A stretch of DNA of 47,552 nt from the NCBI GenBank assembly GCA_022013085.1, contig JAKLQX010000056.1, positions 1 to 47,552 on the forward strand. Reading direction: 5' to 3'. The translations under genes and the position numbers were made by a program. The notes under the pieces are model-generated. The model saw nothing but the letters and a program-made list of their open reading frames with translations. It did no database searches and was not told the DNA's origin. The stretch is from Candidatus Omnitrophota bacterium (lineage in GTDB: Bacteria; Omnitrophota; Gorgyraeia; Gygaellales; Profunditerraquicolaceae). Below, piece by piece: positions 44,026-47,552 of the stretch (its first letter is position 1; every line of letters begins with the position of its first letter).

Positions 44026-45452
44026 TAAGATAACCTCCGCCTTATCAATTCTTGGACTGTTTTAGGATTAGCCTTGCCCGCGCTTTTCTTCATTACTTGG
44101 CCTACTAAATACATAAGTGCGTTTGTTTTTCCAGCCTTAAAATCATTTGCAGGTTTCGTATTTTCCCGGATAACCGTAAGGATAATTTGTTCAAGCTCGC
44201 AAGTCGCAGAAATCTGTAATAAATTATTTTCATTTATCAGTTCAAGCGCTGATTTTTTGGAATCAAGCATCTGGGATAAAACGCTTTTAGCAGATAGGTG
44301 CGAGATCTCTTCTCGAGCAACGAAACCAATTAAATTAATTAACTCAAGGATAACAACTCCTGTTTCGTGTAAATTAATTTTTTTAGCATGTGCCTCAGAC
44401 ATTAAAGGCCCAATTAACCAGTTAACTATATGTTTTTTATCTTTTTCCGGGTACTGCTTTAAACACTCTTCCGCAAATTCACTATCTTTTTTAGAGCTAA
44501 CTAAGATTCTTGCGTCGTATTCGGATAAAGAATAATCCATCATAAAACGTTTCAGCTTATCTTGAGGTAATTCTGGAAGTGATTCTTTTATATTATTGAT
44601 TTGGCCTTGGTCAATAATAAAGGCTGCTAGGTCCGGATCAGGAAAATACCTGTAATCCTTAGCCCCTTCTTTACTACGCATGGATATAGTCATCCCTTTT
44701 TCTGCGTCCCATAACCTAGTTTCTTGCAACATAGCGCTCCTGTTAACAAGTAGCTCAGTTTGACGAATTACCTCAAATGTCAAAGCGTCTTTTACTCCTT
44801 TAAAGGAGTTCATATTTTTAAGCTCAGTTTTGATACCAAGCTCTTTTACGCCTTCGGGCCGTAAAGAAATATTTGCATCGCAACGCAAAGACCCTTTCTC
44901 CATATCGCAATCAGAAACATCTAGATACTCAATAATACTTTTTAAGCTAGTTAAATAATCAAAGGCTTCTTGGGGGCTGGATATTTCCGGTTCGCTTACA
45001 ATTTCAAGTAGTGGAATTCCTGTACGATTAAAATCCACTAAGCTTATATTTGCCTCATGGATGAGCTTACCAGCATCTTCTTCCAAATGTACTCGGGTTA
45101 TACCAATACGTTTGGAATTTTGTCCCGTAGTAATATTCAGGAATCCATTTTTTGACAAAGGCAGGTCAAACTGTGAAATCTGATAGTTTTTTGGCAGGTC
45201 AGGATAAAAATAATTCTTGCGATCAAATTTAGTATGCTCTTGAATCTGGCAATCTAAAGCCAAAGCTACTTTAATGGCGGAGTTTAGCGCCTGTTTATTA
45301 TAAACCGGGAGTGTTCCGGGAAATCCTAGGCATACCGGGCAGCAACTAGAATTAGGGGTTTTCCCAAAATCAATAGCGCAACCACAAAATGCCTTGGTTT
45401 TAGTTTTTAGCTGTAAATGTACCTCTAGCCCTATAACAGTTTGGTATTTCAC
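44025..45452 (-). CDS. gatB: Asp/Glu-tRNA amidotransferase subunit B
   Basis: 475 aa. VIGLEVHLQL opening. GTG start. Confidence 0.96.
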   Translation of the reverse strand: MKYQTVIGLEVHLQLKTKTKAFCGCAIDFGKTPNSSCCPVCLGFPGTLPVYNKQALNSAIKVALALDCQIQEHTKFDRKNYFYPDLPKNYQISQFDLPLSKNGFLNITTGQNSKRIGITRVHLEEDAGKLIHEANISLVDFNRTGIPLLEIVSEPEISSPQEAFDYLTSLKSIIEYLDVSDCDMEKGSLRCDANISLRPEGVKELGIKTELKNMNSFKGVKDALTFEVIRQTELLVNRSAMLQETRLWDAEKGMTISMRSKEGAKDYRYFPDPDLAAFIIDQGQINNIKESLPELPQDKLKRFMMDYSLSEYDARILVSSKKDSEFAEECLKQYPEKDKKHIVNWLIGPLMSEAHAKKINLHETGVVILELINLIGFVAREEISHLSAKSVLSQMLDSKKSALELINENNLLQISATCELEQIILTVIRENTKPANDFKAGKTNALMYLVGQVMKKSAGKANPKTVQELIRRRLS

Positions 45453-45550
45453 CCCGTACCTTCTTTCGTATTCAGAATTATTCCAATATCTATGCTCTCA
45501 AACCTTAATATTTTAAAATATAATGAATAATTAGAAGGTGTGGGGTTCAT
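45449..45550 (-). CDS. 33-codon mini-ORF inside the palindromic cassette between gatA and gatB (copy B)
   Basis: The ATG overlaps the gatA TGA (ATGA). Peptide is [33 protein letters not shown]. Its TGA overlaps the gatB GTG (GTGA). Arms lie at 45451..45464 and 45533..45546. Confidence 0.35.
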   Translation of the reverse strand: MNPTPSNYSLYFKILRFESIDIGIILNTKEGTG

Positions 45551-47004
45551 AGCTTGGGTTTTAATTTATGCCACTGGGTATTTTGCTCATATACATGCGC
45601 TACTCTAAAAAGTACCTCTTCATTAAATGCTTTAGCCATAATTTGCAAACCTACTGGCAGGCCGTTTTTAGTAAAACCGCAAGGAATAGATATTGCCGGT
45701 ATTCCAGCTAAGTTAACCGATATGGTGTATATATCCGAAAGGTACATTTCCAGTGGATCTTTTGTTTTTTCTCCGATTTTAAATGCCGCAGTAGGGCAAG
45801 TAGGAGTGATAATGCAATCAAAATCTTTGAAGATTTTATCAAAATCCTGTTTTATAAGCGTTCGCACTTTTAAAGCGCGTAAATAATACGCATCGTAATA
45901 ACCGTGAGATAAAGCAAACGTTCCCAAGATAATTCTGCGTTTTGCTTCGTCACCAAATCCCTCCCCGCGTGTTTTTTTGTACATTTGGATTAGATTATCT
46001 GATTTTGCCCGGTAACCATACTGCACTCCATCAAATCTAGCCAAATTGGAACTTGCTTCAGCAGTCGCGATAATGTAGTAGACTGGGACAGCGTACTCTG
46101 TATGCGGTAATGACACTTGATGTGAAAAAGCGCCTAAAGTATTAAGTTTAGCTATAGCCTCTTGGATAATAATTTTAACCTCAGCATCCATGCCATCAAC
46201 AAAATATTCTTTAGGTATACCAAATTTTAAACCTTTAATATCTAATCCTAAACTTTTAGTATACTCTGGTACAGGTTGATTTATGGAAGTAGAATCTTTT
46301 GGGTCGAAACCCGAGATAATTTGGCTTAAAATTGCTGCATCACGCACATCTTTAGTAATTGGCCCAATCTGATCTAAACTCGAAGCAAAAGCAATTAAGC
46401 CAAAGCGTGAAACTCGGCCATAAGTAGGTTTTAATCCTACAACGCCACAAAAAGATGCAGGTTGGCGGATTGAACCTCCGGTATCTGAGCCTAATGCCCA
46501 GATTGCCTCATCAGAGGCTACAGCAGCAGCGCTGCCACCTGATGAGCCACCAGGAACACAATCTAAATTCCACGGATTATGCGTTGAACCGAAATATGAA
46601 TTTTCAGTTGAAGATCCAAAAGCAAACTCGTCCATATTTGTTTTTAAAGGAAAGATCTCCGCAGAAGCCTCTTTTAGCTTATTGATTACTGTAGCATTAT
46701 ATGGCGGGTTAAAACCTTGTAGTATTTTTGAACAGCACTCTGTAATAAAGCCTTGAGTACAAATATTATCTTTAATGCTAATGGGTAAGCCATATAAATT
46801 AAGGCCATTCCGGCCGGGCTCTTCAGCTTTAGTTTTTATACTCTTAGAAGAAATGAGTTTATCCATTCTGACATAAGCTTTTACTTTTTTATCAGTCTTT
46901 TGTATACGCGTATAAAGCGCGTCCTGTATAGCTTGAGCAGTAGCTTCTTTTTTTGAAAGCTTATCCAGTAACTCATGAGCTGTTAAATGATTAAGTTCAG
47001 TCAT
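45547..47004 (-). CDS. gatA: Glutamyl-tRNA(Gln) amidotransferase subunit A
   Basis: 485 aa. Amidase signature [12 protein letters not shown]. Confidence 0.96.
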   Translation of the reverse strand: MTELNHLTAHELLDKLSKKEATAQAIQDALYTRIQKTDKKVKAYVRMDKLISSKSIKTKAEEPGRNGLNLYGLPISIKDNICTQGFITECCSKILQGFNPPYNATVINKLKEASAEIFPLKTNMDEFAFGSSTENSYFGSTHNPWNLDCVPGGSSGGSAAAVASDEAIWALGSDTGGSIRQPASFCGVVGLKPTYGRVSRFGLIAFASSLDQIGPITKDVRDAAILSQIISGFDPKDSTSINQPVPEYTKSLGLDIKGLKFGIPKEYFVDGMDAEVKIIIQEAIAKLNTLGAFSHQVSLPHTEYAVPVYYIIATAEASSNLARFDGVQYGYRAKSDNLIQMYKKTRGEGFGDEAKRRIILGTFALSHGYYDAYYLRALKVRTLIKQDFDKIFKDFDCIITPTCPTAAFKIGEKTKDPLEMYLSDIYTISVNLAGIPAISIPCGFTKNGLPVGLQIMAKAFNEEVLFRVAHVYEQNTQWHKLKPKL

Positions 47005-47291
47005 TATTCGATTATCTTCGGTACGCTGAAGAAATTTCCTTTTTTGCTTGGGGCATTTTCCAGGGCTTTTTCTGGAGTTAAACAGATATGCGGTTCATCA
47101 TCGCGCAAAACATTACATACTGGCAAGATATGGCTAGCTGATTTAATCTGCTCTGCATCTAAACAGCTTAATTTATCAATAAAGCCTATAATATCATCTA
47201 GTTGCAAAGACAGCCTTTCTAACTCAATAGGCTGCAATTCGATACGCGCTAAATGTGCAACATATTCCACTGTTTTCTTATCTATCGCCAT
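47004..47291 (-). CDS. gatC: Glutamyl-tRNA(Gln) amidotransferase subunit C
   Basis: 95 aa. VAHLARIEL motif. 1-nt overlap with gatA. Confidence 0.9.
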   Translation of the reverse strand: MAIDKKTVEYVAHLARIELQPIELERLSLQLDDIIGFIDKLSCLDAEQIKSASHILPVCNVLRDDEPHICLTPEKALENAPSKKGNFFSVPKIIE

Positions 47292-47313
47292 TGCTCCTCC
47301 AAATTAATGAAAT

Positions 47314-47342
47314 ATTTTAACAAACTTTGATGCGAAAGTCAA
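47314..47342 (-). promoter_or_regulatory. Sigma70-like promoter of gatCAB
   Basis: Minus strand reads TTGACT, 17 nt, TAAAAT. A GGAGG Shine-Dalgarno precedes gatC. Confidence 0.5.
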
Positions 47343-47552
47343 GCAGGTCATACCTGTCGAGTTGTAGTATTCCTACGCGTCTGCCTTGTCTTGGCTTTCA
47401 CCATGTGTTACAAATGCCTCTGCTAGTTTTCTCACTCAGGTCGATTTTTTTACGCCAATGATCTTTCGCATTTCGGCGGCTGCTGAACTCGCGCCTCGTG
47501 TTCTCACTCGGCGCTCAAACAGCATCGCCGTTCCGAGATTGCCCCGCCTTTG

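Noticed and set aside
47470-47515. Group II intron domain V-like hairpin (GAGCGCC...GGCGCGAGTTC)
   Set aside because: It folds only as a 5-bp stem with a 14-nt loop. There is no GNRA tetraloop, no 2-nt bulge, and no proper AGC-triad helix.
1-47552. CRISPR arrays, transposases, integrases, restriction-modification or known defence gene cassettes
   Set aside because: None seen. There are no regularly spaced direct repeats, and every ORF above about 90 aa except two has a confident housekeeping or metabolic assignment. The exceptions are the 207-aa secreted protein and the LAGLIDADG-like ORF.

Overview
AT-rich bacterial chromosomal window. It is densely packed, and every gene but one lies on the minus strand. 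All family assignments come from motifs I recognise by eye; no searches were run.

Minus-strand gene order, from high to low coordinates:
- gatCAB
- Ctp protease, YibQ-type deacetylase, tsaD, mgtC
- a bactofilin-HTH / HTH-TM pair
- larB
- a corrinoid iron-sulfur protein module of the Wood-Ljungdahl pathway (acsC, RACo activase, cooC, acsD, acsE)
- tRNA(CAU), PilZ, then one plus-strand Wzx-like flippase
- tilS, ftsH, folP, cdaA, pdxJ, acpS, nnrD
- a thrU-tyrU-glyT-like tRNA array
- PAS histidine kinase, CheY-like regulator, archaeal-type ThyA-like enzyme, gpsA
- tRNA-Pro, PilZ
- a threonine/isoleucine block (hom, thrC, coaB, ApgM-like protein, aspartate kinase, cimA)
- valS, nadC, uvrB, coaX
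- CIRCE-controlled groES-groEL
- a GuaB3-like gene, guaA, and the start of dnaE

No CRISPR array, transposase or obvious defence island is visible.

The most unusual content is RNA-level and small-scale:
1. tRNA-Tyr(GUA) is split by a 218-nt group I intron with an IC3-like core.
2. A LAGLIDADG-like ORF sits outside that intron. It reads through tRNA-Tyr exon 1 into the intron.
3. An intact, CCA-encoding tRNA-Gly(UCC) is nested between 5' and 3' fragments of a second tRNA-Gly.
4. A conserved palindromic mini-ORF cassette occurs twice, before hom and before gatB. Its stop overlaps the downstream GTG start.
5. A G+C-rich chain of overlapping hairpins lies at the thrC/coaB junction.
6. A 30-bp duplication of the tRNA(CAU) 3' end is present, and that tRNA has a non-canonical D/T-loop pair.
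7. An unannotated 45-aa CdaR-like membrane stub lies between cdaA and pdxJ.
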